DNA of 37,351 nt, from contig NC_068982.1 in NCBI RefSeq assembly GCF_001194135.2, forward strand, positions 32,761,015 through 32,798,365, written 5' to 3'. Positions 1 to 11,919 of the stretch are shown here, in pieces. The translations under genes and the position numbers were made by a program. The notes below the pieces were generated by a model. That model worked only from the letters and a program-made list of their open reading frames with translations, did not search any database and was not told the origin of the DNA. Origin of the DNA: Octopus bimaculoides. Taxonomy: Eukaryota. Numbering within the stretch: the stretch's first letter is position 1; every line of letters begins with the position of its first letter.

Positions 1-38
<38 letters not shown>

Positions 39-60
39 CATATATATTTATTTATATATA
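1..60. repeat. (TA)n microsatellite
   Basis: Near-pure TA dinucleotide run at the window start. Confidence 0.95.
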
Positions 61-232
61 TTTCTGTTGTTACTCCATGTACCTCTAAGTATTTCAAATA
101 CATCGAGACACAGTAATTAGGAATATTCTAATGCTGAAACTAAAGAAAATTATTCTCACTTCAAATGCCGCTGCAATCAGTGCCGCTATGTAGGTGTTTT
201 GAAATATTTTTCATACGCTCTGATTGGAAAAA

Positions 233-296
233 GAGCACTATGGTAGACTATTGAGTAGAGCTTCTGAGTCAGCGATCTGGTTTCAATTCTCACCGA
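233..296 (+). mobile_element. Possible degraded tRNA-derived SINE head
   Basis: A-box-like TGGTAGA and B-box-like GGTTTCAATTC at tRNA-like spacing; no clean cloverleaf. Confidence 0.25.
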
Positions 297-559
297 CGGA
301 GACAATCACTTTTTATTTTGCTGCCTTTTTCTTTTCTAATTAAAACTAAGCAGAGCCTGCCTTGAAATGTATTTTTATCGAATGAAATAAAATTGATATT
401 TGATAGGAAATTGTGATAAAAATTTTCTAGGAAGGTATAATTCAAGAAATATTAGTATTAGGGAAAGTATTTAGCTTAGGGTTTATGAATACAAATGCAT
501 TACGGGAATAAGATATGCGAAGATGGTTGATATGCAACAAGCCAGTTGATAGAAGCATC

Positions 560-1100
560 AGATGTTATAATAACAATTTCAAAAATATGTAGGGGTGGAC
601 TACAGATGGCTTGTTCTGAGATTCAATGTAATGTAATATTTTGTCTGACTCATATGAGATAGAAGCACACCATCCCAGATATGAGAGCAGTATTTCAGTT
701 CTCCACCTGTGTCTTTATAAACAAATGTCTAATCTTGTCAGAATTTTGACTATTTTAAGGAAGTTTCCAGTAAACATTGAAATGGCTCAAGTCATAGCTG
801 TGACTGTACTATCAGGTAAGATTAGTAGTTATGACTCGTCGATTTGAAAAGATTCAGGTGATTTTTGCTATTAGAGTATCTGGTGAGATTATTGGTTGTT
901 AACTGAACGTTTGCCGAGAATCATTAGGGGTTTTGATAACTGATGAGTATTGAGTAAATATGATTCATATCATTAGAAATTGCAAGAACAATTCGGGAAT
1001 AGAAATAAGGCGTTCATATTACAAATAAAGAGAATTTACAATCAGAAAATAGGAGATTGTAGGTATATTAAGAAGATTTTAACTGGTTTGGTATGGATCG
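560..1100 (-). mobile_element. Degraded CR1/L2/Jockey-group LINE, RT C-terminal relic
   Basis: Minus strand 698-669 reads LKYCSHIWDG, matching the post-RT LEY-x-S-x-x-W motif of CR1/L2-group LINEs. The flanks are heavily stop-disrupted, so the boundaries are approximate. Confidence 0.45.
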
Positions 1101-1251
1101 AAAATATTTCCTGGAGTACATCTCACAATGAAGCTGCTAGTGAAGATGAGTTGTTTTCTTCGCCAAGAAATATTGTTACTGGATTCAATACAAAGGCGAT
1201 AAAAGCGTTTGATTCTTTAGTACAGCCTGTCTAAGACTGCTTCTGGTTCTA

Positions 1252-2060
1252 TCAGGTCATCCCATAAGTTCTGCCCGATTTTACCTTTTTTAAAATTGAA
1301 TGAAATTTAATAGTATTTTAGAATGTCTAATGAAATTTAAAATTATTTTTATGCATTTGTGTACATTTAAACTAATTAAATATTATTTTACAGAATAAAA
1401 GAATTAAAATTTCTTTGATTAAAACCCATTCTAACATGGAAGTATCCAAAGAGCATTTAAGGCACATAGTGCTTTATGTGTACAAAAAAAGGAAACTCTG
1501 CAGCCGAAACGACTAGGAACATACACTCAGTTTATGGGAAAGAAAGCTTGAATGAAAGAACTTGCAGAAGATGGATTGCAAAATTTAGAAGTGGAGATTT
1601 CAGCCTTGAAGATGAATATCAAACAGGACGTCCAGTTGAGTTTGATGATAAGCTCCTTGAGGCATTACTTGAAGAAAATCCTGCATTATCAGTTGAAGAA
1701 TTGGCAATAAAGCTTAGTTCAAACCATACAACTGTTCATCGTCATCTTCAACAACTTGGAAAGGTTCCTAAACTTGGAAAATGGGTGCCTCATGAATTGT
1801 CCGAAAGCAACCGCAAATCCCGAGTTGACATCTGCTCTTCTCTCCATTCTCGCGAACTCATTTCACCCTTTTTGGATAGACTTGTGACTGGTAACAAAAA
1901 ATGGATCTTCTATCGAAATGTTAAACGCCGTAAACAGTGGCTTGGTAAAACGGAAAAAGCTCAACCACAACCGAGAAGGGAACTTCATGGGGAAAAGGTT
2001 CTGCTCTCTATCTGGTGGGATTGCAAAGTAGTAATTGTTACCACCTAATGCAACAATCAA
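1252..2060 (+). mobile_element. Mariner (Tc1/mariner) transposon, 3'-truncated
   Basis: TA at 1250-1251 followed by TIR-like TCAGGTCATCCCATAAG, related to the TIR at 14638. Transposase homology ends at LLPPNATI (~2060), where (GA)n begins; no right TIR. Confidence 0.9.
1436..2060 (+). pseudogene. Mariner transposase pseudogene (N-terminal HTH to start of DDD domain)
   Basis: ATG 1436 gives MEVSKEHLRHIVLY; frameshift in the A-run near 1483-1491; then KGNSAAETTRNI (Hsmar1-like), WVPHEL, FLDRLVTGNKKW (first catalytic D mutated to N) and LLSIWWD. Confidence 0.9.
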
Positions 2061-2100
2061 AGAGAGAGAGAGAGAGAGAGACAGAGGGAAAGAGAGAATG
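2061..2100. repeat. (GA)n microsatellite
   Basis: Directly visible; abuts the mariner truncation point. Confidence 0.9.
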
Positions 2101-2492
2101 AGAGAGAAGTTAATATAAGGATAAGCAAGTTAGGCAGGGCAATATACAAAATATATTAAATACATGAAATACGAAAAATGTATGCATGTTTACATACAAA
2201 AGAGTCCATCATTGAACTTCTTTCTGTAAACACCTCAAATGTAAAATCTCTTCCCTGAAGACGGAGGCTCGTCTCAACCGACGATACAATCAATCTACAA
2301 ATATTATTTTGGACCACCGAGCTCCCAGAAACAACTGTTGGATTTGTAATACTTCTCTTCAACCCCTTTAATTCTTGATATCTTTTTTTATTTGTTTAAG
2401 TCAGACCGTTTTGTATGTAAACATACATTTTCTTGTATACTTTGTATATTGGTCTGCTTAACTTGCTTATCCTTACATTTACTTCTCTACTC
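2100..2492. repeat. Inverted repeat, arms 2100-2206 and 2404-2492
   Basis: The reverse complement of 2404-2492 aligns by eye to 2100-2206 at roughly 85% identity with two indels (shared blocks AAGGATAAGCAAGTTA and ATGTTTACATACAAAA). Confidence 0.85.
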
Positions 2493-2574
2493 GTTCACGT
2501 TTAAACCTCTTGAGAACCGCTAAATGTAGTCTATACAGAGAATATTTGATTCTCATCTATGAATTTTTTTTTTT

Positions 2575-3035
2575 TTCAGAAATGTAACCGCATGTGGACT
2601 GTTGGCGATTTTTCCTCCCTCTTCCATCTTTCTCTTTGGACTTTCCTGCTTTTCTTGTCACCGACGAAGAGCTATGCTTGAAACGTAATTAGTGCGGCGA
2701 GCTTGGCAGAATCGTTTGTACGCCGGGCGAAATGCTTGGCCGTATTTCGTCTACCGTTATGTTCTGAGTTCAAATTCTGCCGAGGTCGACTTTGCCTTTC
2801 ATCCTTTAGGAGTCGATTAAATAAATACCAGTTACGCACTGGGGTCGATGTGATCGAATTAATCCCTTTGTCTGTCCTTGTCTCTCCCCTCTATATTTAG
2901 CCCCCTGAAGGCAATAAAGAAATATATGCTCGAAGCGTAAAACAGCAAGTCTCTTCTTTCTCCGAGCGTCACTAATACATTGCTTGTGCTTCGTCCTAAC
3001 GTTTGTTTAATCTTTTTTTCTTTTCCTCTCTGTCT
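2575..3035 (+). mobile_element. Penelope-like element 3' terminal (pLTR-like) segment with degraded minimal hammerhead, interrupted by a SINE
   Basis: CCGACGA-A-GAGC-TAT-GCT(T/C)-GAAA-CG-TA at 2661-2687, followed after the SINE by a pyrimidine-rich tail. This layout is typical of PLE termini. Confidence 0.55.
2689..2924 (+). mobile_element. tRNA-derived SINE, family A (GGCGGCGAGCTGGCAGAA head), full length with TSD
   Basis: A-box-like TGGCAGAATCG and B-box-like GAGTTCAAATT; AATAAAGAAAT tail; flanking 16-bp direct repeat at 2673-2688 and 2925-2940 (14/16 identical). Homologous copies occur elsewhere in the window. Confidence 0.9.
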
Positions 3036-3849
3036 TTTGAATATATATGACCCATAATAATAAAATAAAAGAGCAAAGCGAATGACTCATACGAAGGAAG
3101 CGGAATACAGAAATAGATGAACCTGCGGCTTTTAGGTAGATATATATTCTAATATTTATTTTAAAATTATAAATAAAAGAGGAAATGAAAAGCTATTGAA
3201 ACCATTCCAAGGTGCTATATAAAAACTGTTAGATAAGTTGCCTAACTGTTTTTATATAACCTTCTTTCTGACAGATCTTTACGAAGAGGAATTGTAATGG
3301 TGTTATTATTATAACTGTTCCTGCAGCTATTACTAATGTCAGTAGTTTCATGATAAAGAAATAGATCAAACATTAAGGTGTGGACGGCTCTCTTACATCG
3401 ATAGAACTATCGGAGTGCGACGGAAAAACTTGCTGCTATTTTATACTGTCTTTTTTTGCGGCACGAGTAGACAGGTAATAAATGTGTCTTCATGTAGCAA
3501 ATATTTCATCGCGTTTTTTTATTCAGTTATCAATATAATTTTGCACAGGTATATACTCTACCTTTGCTGTTGAAATATTTGTCAATCTGTAAAATGTTGG
3601 ATTTCTTTTCCGCAACTTGTATAAAACTGTAAAAGTGTAGCGTTCTAGACGGTTAAAAAAAAGTGTAAACGCGTAGTGAACTGAATTATAGTGTCTCAGG
3701 TATTTGGAAAAGTTTCAATATTATCTTTATTGAGGTGGATATTAGTTTATACTACAAAACCGCAACTCACTCGGATATACTATTGTTCGGTTTATTTTTA
3801 CACAGGAGTTTAGTCATTCCATCTAGCCCCGCAGGAATACTGTTAGATT

Positions 3850-4200
3850 GTTGCTGTTTTGTTGCTATTGTCTCTGTCGTTATCCTTGTTTTTAATATAT
3901 GCTGACGTTGTCTGTAAAGATGTTATTAGGTGATGTTTCTCTATTGATATCATTGCTTATTTCTAGTATTTTTTCTATCTCTTTTGCTTTTTATCTTTTA
4001 GTTATTTCCATGCTCATTGTTATTGCTTTGGTCGTTAATGTTATTGTCTCGTTTCTATCACATCACTTCTGTTATTGTTTATATATTTCTTTCATTTCGG
4101 TATTGTTATTATGGCGTTTATTGACTGCAGTGTGCCTGTTGCCTTTAATATCATTAAGCTAATTTTGCTCTTGTTGCTATTTGCCAGTCTATTAATGTTT
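3850..4200. repeat. T-rich low-complexity region (decayed TTG/TTA repeat)
   Basis: Recurrent TTG/TTA/GTT units; the hydrophobic ORFs here are compositional artefacts. Confidence 0.6.
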
Positions 4201-6590
4201 AAAGAGACTGCTGATACCAGCATGGCTATTATTTTTAGTAACCTAACAACGAAATGTCACTCAAGCAGAGCAGGGCATTTATATGGGACAAACATAGAAT
4301 CACAACTTTAAAAACCCAACTTTCGCCGGCATTGTTTAAAGGAAATATTTTAATGGCGCCGGTAATTAATACACAAAGCATATCTGAACATAACTAGAAT
4401 TTAGTTAAAAATAAATTTTCTGTCTCCGATGAGATCATTGATAGGAAAGATATGAGTACTACAGTACTCAATCCATTTCCTCTATTTTTGTGCTATTGTT
4501 TAACCCTTGGTCAATCTTGATCAAGTAAACCCTATGATAAAAAGCATCCCAGGCCTGTCTATCCAGTCGTTTTAGGGTTCTGTAGGACTAGTTTATGTAG
4601 TCTGTCGTTTCCTTTTTTCTTTCCTTTTGATTTGAGAGAGACTTGGATACTATTTCTAGTCGGCCAAGCAACCCATACAGAAGTTATGACAATGTTAATA
4701 ATTTTTCAGACGGGTTACTCTTCTTTAAAATGTTTAACGTTATTTCCCAAGATGTATATTGATAATGTAAAGAAACAGAGCTGTAAACTTAGTTCTTTGT
4801 TCTATGTGAACACTTTTACTTCGTCAATACATGAATGCGTTTATTTGGTTTTTTCCCCCTTCTGTTGCAATACTCGTCTCTAGTTTCTCAATCACCTTTC
4901 CCCCGTGCTCTCTTGGACATTATTACTAGAAACTGAATCTAGAGTAAAATATATTTTTATATCTTCATTTGATGTTTAACAATCCCGACTAACATGAATT
5001 GCAAATGCTGTACTATCTTTCACTTCATCTTTATTATTTTTATTTTTATAAACACACACGCAAAAAAAAGAATTCATTCTGATGGTAGAAGGTGGACCTG
5101 CAAAACGTCTACTGTGATTGCAGCTTATCTAGTTTAGTATTTATGCATATGAGAATAAGTCCGTATGTATTTGTATATCTAGGTACGTGAGTGCTTATGT
5201 TATAAAATCTAATTATATATACATAATATGCAAGTATAAATATATATTGGTGTGTGCATCTGCTTGAATGTGTGCGTCTACGCATGCGCGCATTAGGAGT
5301 AAGAAAGAGAACAGCAGTGAAAGACTAGTTTCTTTAATAGCTCTGTGCAATATGAATATTATATTTCCAGACGTCTCAGTAGAAAATGATTTCAATTTCT
5401 CTGTCGACGTCGGAAAGAAAATCTATTCAATTAACCCAGAGACACTAGTTTGAAACCTTTCTAAATAACACTTAAAAAAAAATCATTAAAATGTTTGTGT
5501 TCATATAAATTACAGAGCAGACCAGAATGAATGGTATGTCGGTTAATGTGGAATGCATTTAATAGGTTAGTGTATGTATAAGATGCGGCAGCGAACGGAA
5601 GCAAACATTGCGGATGCCAGAACTAGATGTACAGAGCTACTATCATTAAGTATTTCATTTGAATATGGTTTGTGGATAGATTACTCTCAGGTCATATATC
5701 AAAAGGATATTATAATTAAAACCCTGGACGATAGATATAAAAGGCTCGAGATTCTGGGCAAATCATAAATCTCAGTATGTTTTAGTCGATCTCCTTGTAA
5801 AAGGTTCTAAAAAGATATTCTACTAAATCACATTCAGAAACTAGCATTTCTGAAACTGCAAAGTTTCTGTATGCTGTTCAAGTGAAGTGAAATGAAAAGA
5901 ATCCATTTCAAAATCACCTCATTCGCAGTAAATTGTTGATAAACTAAGAAAATCTGTTTGTCCATCACGCCATTCTCACGATCATAAATATGATCATTTA
6001 TATTTTAGCAATTTTGTGAGAAATATGCTGCTTTCTTTTTAAGCTGGCCCTGACTTTCCGACACATACAGAATAAACATTGAATCAGCCTTGACCTAAAG
6101 CGTCAGATTATCAACTTATCTATATAAACGTTCACTGAAACGAAAGACAGGGGGACACGTAGAAAGAAATTGATACATAAAGAGGAGTAGTTTGAGAAAG
6201 ATAAAGGAAATAAAATAGATAATAAAATATTGTAAAATAGTGATGAACTGAGAAGGGGCGGGACGGTATAAATTTCCTGAGGAAGAAGAATGGTATAAAA
6301 TATAATAGTAAAGATAAAATACACTAGAACTTCGTAGGAAATTGACTGCATCGCATAACTGAGAATCTTGATAATTTTGTAAAATAAATAAGTTTGTGCA
6401 ATGAGCTTATTCCACAGAATTAAATCATGTTTTACAGCGATCATGTGGCACAAATAGTGTACTAAAAGTAGCATAGTGAAAGCTAACAGACAGTCTAGTA
6501 ATTAATGCCAATTGCATCCATAATGATCATTATCTGTGATGATTGAATGGGATCAAGAAAATCTAGAGGTATAAATCAATGGATGTCAAT

Positions 6591-6850
6591 TACGAGGAGT
6601 GTATGAAAAGTTTTGAGCCTAACCTAGAAACAGGGCTGCTATATAGTTGAAACACTTTTTTCTGTTAAGTATAGTCTTTTCGGAGAATTCTTGCTCATTT
6701 TCATGATTCTGATATTTTAACCTTGACCTTGCTCTTGGTATGATAATGCAAGATTGCCGAATATCATGTCGTCAGATAGCCGAGAGACTGGGCATCTTAA
6801 CTGAAAGAGCAGACAACATTATGACAAAAGAACTTGGGATGAAGTGAGGA
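6591..6850 (+). mobile_element. Mariner relic (different subfamily), TIR-like end plus HTH fragment
   Basis: TA-CGAGGAGTGTATGAAAAGTTTTGAG end; 6746-6847 reads MQDCRISCRQIAERLGILTERADNIMTKELGMK*, typical of the second mariner HTH. Confidence 0.65.
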
Positions 6851-7810
6851 ATGAGCTTGGTTGGGTCAGTCTCAGTCAGTATCCAGTGAGGTTATGCTAT
6901 AGCGTGACAGAAATATACAGTGAAAATAATAGATATTTCATTGAATTTTTTCGGGAAGAAGTATTGTCTTTTCTTTGATGAAGCCACGTAACTGTGACTT
7001 TGGTATATCATTAAAGAAACAATGACTTCTTTGTGTATGATCTCGTCTTTCGTTGGACATCACTTTCTGTTTTAGGAGTCATTTTCCTATTTTTTCACTT
7101 TCCACTGCTCTTGATATTTTGTTAAACTCCTAATTGCCATAAGATGATACTATGCTAATATTAGTAACAGAGCTCTCGACCTTCCTATCATCTGTTTCCT
7201 GGTCATTATCTTCCTAACCATTTACTTCTGACACTAAGTACGAGGCTATTTATTTTGTTTACCTCGGATTTACAACCGATGTTGTTTAGTGGTACTCTGA
7301 AGTCAGCATACATTCTATTTTTGCTGGCTTATTTACGATCAATCGCTCTCCTTTCTTCTCCGCCTTTACTGCGCTTTATAAAAGAGAAGATTCAATGGTC
7401 CTTTTTACAACTGGTGCTGCAACTGAGCTTCCTGTCTTGCACCGTCAATCTCAATCTGTTTCTCTCCGCAACCATAACAAATGCATCTTCGGAACCTCCA
7501 AGTACCCAAACTTGGTCTTCGATTGATCCAAGACTACAGACCCGTCAAAAAATATATAGATATGGTCGAAGGAGATTAGAATAGAATGTCCTTTAGAGCT
7601 TCTTCAGAAAGTTTGCCTTTTAGGGACCTGGAAGGTTATAAGGAGGGTTTTAAGCACTTGAAAAACTATTGAAAACTTGTGGATACCTAACGCTACAGGT
7701 AAGTGACTCGCTACATACATAAATTCTACCAAGAATAAGACCGAACCTGAATGAAATCATCGTATATAGTAATTTTTCCAATGTCTTGTCACAATGCTTA
7801 AAAACTTGTG

Positions 7811-7926
7811 GAGAGGAGTAAATTGACTAAATTGACTCAAGGACTTGATTGGTACTTACTTTATGAACCACAGAAAGGAAAAAAAGTAAAGCTGACCTCT
7901 GTGAGATTTGAACTCAGAATATAAAG
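7811..7926 (-). mobile_element. SINE family A, degraded fragment
   Basis: Reverse complement aligns to the 2689 copy (GATTTGAACTCAGAAT, GGTACTTA). Confidence 0.6.
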
Positions 7927-7949
7927 AATACGCTAGAAACGTGGCGAAG

Positions 7950-8012
7950 CAAGATGATGATGATGATAGTGAAAGAGAAGAGGAGGAGGATGACGATGAC
8001 GATGACGATGAC
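7950..8012. repeat. (GAT)n/(GAG)n/(GAC)n trinucleotide tract
   Basis: Directly visible. Confidence 0.85.
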
Positions 8013-8375
8013 ATCGATGTTTGCAATCTGAACTTCAAATGAAAACATTTAGTTGGTAAGGGAAATACATTAACAGACGGTAAGACTCGCATAATTAATA
8101 TGACTAATTGCTATTGTTGTTAATTAATAACATCCCTGCAGCAAATGTAAATATTTGAAATATTTTCTTTCCGTTTATCAATCAACGCCGTTGTCTTTGA
8201 CCGAAATCGTACGTTATATTTTTTTCCTGTCTCTGTGTGTGTGTGGGGTGAATGAGAGAGAGAGAGAGAGGGAGAGAGTTCGATTTTCTTTCAATGTGTC
8301 TTTGTTTAGAAAGAATCGGAAAAGAATAAACTGCATTACAAAGACTTTCTCGCTTTGAACTTATGCACGTACGGA

Positions 8376-8413
<38 letters not shown>
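8376..8413. repeat. (TA)n microsatellite
   Basis: Directly visible. Confidence 0.95.
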
Positions 8414-8418
<5 letters not shown>

Positions 8419-8480
8419 TTAATATTTCTAAGTCTCTCTAAAGGACACAGGTTTCGTGTGTCACATAGCTAGCTAGAGGC

Positions 8481-8531
8481 GATGGCTTCTTGGAGCTAAT
8501 TCACGGCAGCTTTCGTCCTAATTTTGGGACT
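8481..8531 (-). ncRNA. Type-I hammerhead ribozyme, 3' two-thirds (5' core lost in N gap)
   Basis: Minus strand: A-GTCC-caaaatta-GGAC-GAAA-GCT-gccgtgaatt-AGC-TC-caagaagcc. Stem II (4 bp), GAAA, stem III and a CUC cleavage triplet are correctly placed; the gap starts exactly where CUGANG is expected. Confidence 0.65.
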
Positions 8532-8645
8532 NNNNNNNNNNNNNNNNNNNNNNNNNNNNNNNNNNNNNNNNNNNNNNNNNNNNNNNNNNNNNNNNNNNNN
8601 NNNNNNNNNNNNNNNNNNNNNNNNNTATATATATACATATACATA

Positions 8646-9075
8646 TAGGTGGAGGCGTGGCTGCGTGATAAGCTTACTCCCCAACCACATGGTTTCAAGT
8701 TCAATTACACTGCGTGACTGCGTGACTGCGTGGCACCTTGGGCACGTCTTCTATTATAACTCCAGGTCAACCAAAGCCTTGTAAGTGAATTTGGTGGACG
8801 GAAACTGAGAGAATCCCGTCGTGTACATATGTATGTATATATGTATATATCTATGTCTGTGTGTCTTTGTGTCGGTGTTTGTCCCACCATCACTACTTGA
8901 CAACCGGTGTTGGTGCGTTTGCGTCTCCGTAACTTAACGGTTCGGCAAAAGTAACCGATGGAGTAAGCATTTTAGGCTTAACAAATACATTCTGGGGTCG
9001 ATTCGTTCGACTAAAACGCTTCAAGGCAGTGCTTCAGCATGGCCGCAGTCAAATGACTGAAACAAATCAAAGAAT
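8646..9075 (+). mobile_element. tRNA-derived SINE, family B (TAGGYGCAGG...GGCTG head), full length
   Basis: tRNA-like head, internal TA/TG microsatellite, 3' CATGGCCGCAGTCAAATGACTGAAAC and AAAGAAT tail; homologous to the copies at 16239, 24348, 34410 and 36324. Confidence 0.9.
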
Positions 9076-10004
9076 ATATTAGTGCGTATGCGCGTGCGCG
9101 TGTGTATTTCTACTTGTATACATTTATATATATGTTTGTATGAGCGTACGTGTGCATATTGATATATGTTTGTATAGTTAAATACAAATATGTGTATGCG
9201 CAGTTGTATGATTTATATGTTTATATGCATGTGCATGTGTGTGAGTATATGAATGTTAAATAGATCAACATTTATATGAAATAAAACTTTATTAAATTGC
9301 GTAAATACTTACATATGTGTACGCATAATGATACACAACATGTGCACTTATATACATATGCATACTGTACACACATACGCAAGCATATGTTTGTGTACGT
9401 GTTCAGACATACACTTACGGGTGGGGATGCTTTAGTGGCAACGAACTCAAGATAGTTTTTCCAGATCTCAAATCAGATGAATCAGAACCATTTAAGATTG
9501 ATACTTTATAGCGATTTGTTGTTAGCTTTTATCTTCGAATGTACAGATTATGGCCCAGAGGCAGATTTGTGCTTACTAATGGTTGATGATGTAATCATTT
9601 TCAGTGAGGAAATTTCTCTCACATAGTAGCTCTCTTCTCTTCTCTCTCTCGTTTGGTTTTGTTCTTTTTCTTTTCTTTTCAAGAAGTGGTTGAAATCTGG
9701 ATTTAACGAAATGTTTTAGCAGTAATTTCATAGGGTATAGTTGGTGCGGATTTATTCTTCACCTAGTGTGTGTTTCTAAATAAAGCAGATCGTTGACATT
9801 TTCCTCTTGGCTTTCTACATAGTTGGGCAGTGGCTGACGTTGGTTCATTTAATTACCAGGAGAACGGCGGATATAAATAACTTTTTGAGCTATTCCTATG
9901 TTTAGAAATGAAGCGTATTTTAATGTTTACATCTACACAGCGTTTCGACTGGCTTGCTCTTCGATTGTCATGAAATAACTTGTTTCCTAGACGTCTGGAT
10001 AATA

Positions 10005-10077
10005 TCGGGCAGGATACGAGCTCAGTTTCTTTCTAAAATAATAGCAACGCTCTTATCCACTGTGCCACGACGCCTGC
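10005..10077 (-). mobile_element. Possible tRNA-derived SINE head
   Basis: Minus strand GCAGGCGTCG-TGGCACAGTGG-ATAAGAGCG (A box) and a degenerate B box GAGCTCGTATCC. Confidence 0.35.
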
Positions 10078-11136
10078 ACAGACATCAGTGGCATAGTGGT
10101 TAAAAAACGGAGTGTATATGTAAACATTAGAAAATTGCTACATCTCTAAAGATAAGGTTAATAATCCAAAAAATTATTATCTCATTATAATCTCAGACAT
10201 TTAGACATTTAATCTCCAGTATTATGTTTCAGTATAAGAGCTTCGTAGGGACAGGCATTGATTGTACAATACTTGTTATCACATACTTCCATTTAGGCTT
10301 TAGTGATATCGTCGATAACCTTTAACATGAGTGAGATTTGGGTTTTTTTTACCAACTCTCATCAGAAATGTTCTACCATCTAAATACAGTTTATAGCAAT
10401 TGGAAAAATTCTATAAACTACAGTTTTAAATTGTATTAAAGTTGTATATATGTTCCAGTCAACGCTATTGGTTTAGTTATATAAGGTGATACAAGTGCTG
10501 AGTGATGATTATGGCGAGGATGGGAAAGATAGTGTTGGTAGCTTGTTTACATTTTTATCACCTTCTTCTATGGCAGCTTTTGAAAATCATCTGATATTGC
10601 ACGAGTTGGAAAACACAGTCTTTATCTGTGACAGCCATCATTCTCGCAACGAAATATTTTTGTTGGCGAAGCTATTTCGCTGTGATTTAAATTTGGATGG
10701 ATTTCATCTAAGTGATTTTTTAAACCTTTTTCTATAACCGATAAAAAGATTTTATCAGTTTTTTTCATAATACCGGTATAGATTTTAAATGGGAAAACGA
10801 ACAAATAATATAATCAAGTCGTACATTATCCTCCATATGGCTGCACCTTAGTCGTTGGTGGTATTCTTGCTTGCATGAGTCATGACGATCAAAACAAAAT
10901 TCCATGTGGGGAAAAATAAGTCTTTGTAACCCAGACACAATAACGCTAAGTTATTAAGTAAACTGTGTTTCTCTTATATAATACAAAAAAGCACCTGGTA
11001 CGACACTTGACTTATTTAAGTTGATAAAATTCTAAAGAAAAAATAAGACAATTATTTTCAACATTCAGTTTGGCCTGCACAACCGTAGTGTTGATGGCGC
11101 ATGTGTTTTTTTTATGTATGTAACGTAAGCATTTTA

Positions 11137-11140
<4 letters not shown>

Positions 11141-11178
<38 letters not shown>
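11141..11178. repeat. (TA)n microsatellite
   Basis: Directly visible. Confidence 0.95.
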
Positions 11179-11180
<2 letters not shown>

Positions 11181-11919
11181 CTTACTGAGTGGAGCTTTTA
11201 AAGCTTAATTTTACTTGCTAGTGGCTTGGTGGCAAGGTTGTGAAGAAAAAGTTTTTGTTTTCTTTGCCATCCTTTAAGCGAAAATTCAACCCTTTAAGAA
11301 AATAGTGCTGACATTCATTATCCTAGATATTGTGACCATTTGTAACGCATGCATTCTTGATCTCCAAGAATCCAAGTTCAACTATACTTTAATCTAGTCG
11401 CGCCAATACTTAATTTGCATACTCCGCCTCAATAATCCATACCTGTCTTTTTTGTCCCGTATTGATAGTAAGTAGGCATATATCATTAAAATTTGTACAT
11501 CTTATTTAAACATTTTACTTTTGTGGTACCAAGCAACAATATCAAGACGGTTGTGTTTTAATTTGGTCATTGATTTTATTCTTAGGTTCAACCAATAGTC
11601 TTCAGCAATCAGTCTCACTAATTCTGTTTTATTTACTTCTTTATTACTATGTTCTATATTGTTCTTGTTATCACCTCATTCTTGCTATCACCTCATACTC
11701 GGTTCTTCTACAGTCGGTAACAAAGTGATTGATGGCATCAGCTTTGACTTTGATTAAACTATATTTGTTGACAGCTCATGCTTTCTGTGTCTTGTGTAGT
11801 ATTTAATTTTGAACGTAAATATGGCTGACTGGTATATTCGTTTTGGAACTAGATCCAGAGTACAATTTTCCTTCACAGTATCTTGGGAAAGTGCACAATC
11901 CCATAATCTCAAGCCCTCC

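Noticed and set aside
940-990. CTGATGA followed by GAAA on the plus strand
   Set aside because: No stem II closing pair and no U16.1; not a hammerhead.
980-1234. Plus-strand ORF containing KAFDS, resembling the RT motif KAFD
   Set aside because: No other RT motif in frame, and the adjacent LINE motif is on the opposite strand; probably chance.
5078-5110. CTGATG...AGGT-GG-ACCT...AAAACGTC hammerhead-like string
   Set aside because: Needs a 4-nt insertion in the core plus further changes; too degenerate to support.
9935-9970. Minus-strand GAAGA...GTCGAAACG
   Set aside because: Core CUGA is absent and no NUH follows the stem III position.
10325-10365. Minus-strand CTGATGA followed by a hairpin
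   Set aside because: No GAAA after the hairpin.
10622-10804. Minus ORF faintly resembling a pogo/CENP-B N-terminal HTH
   Set aside because: Similarity is too weak, with no TIR or downstream domain found.
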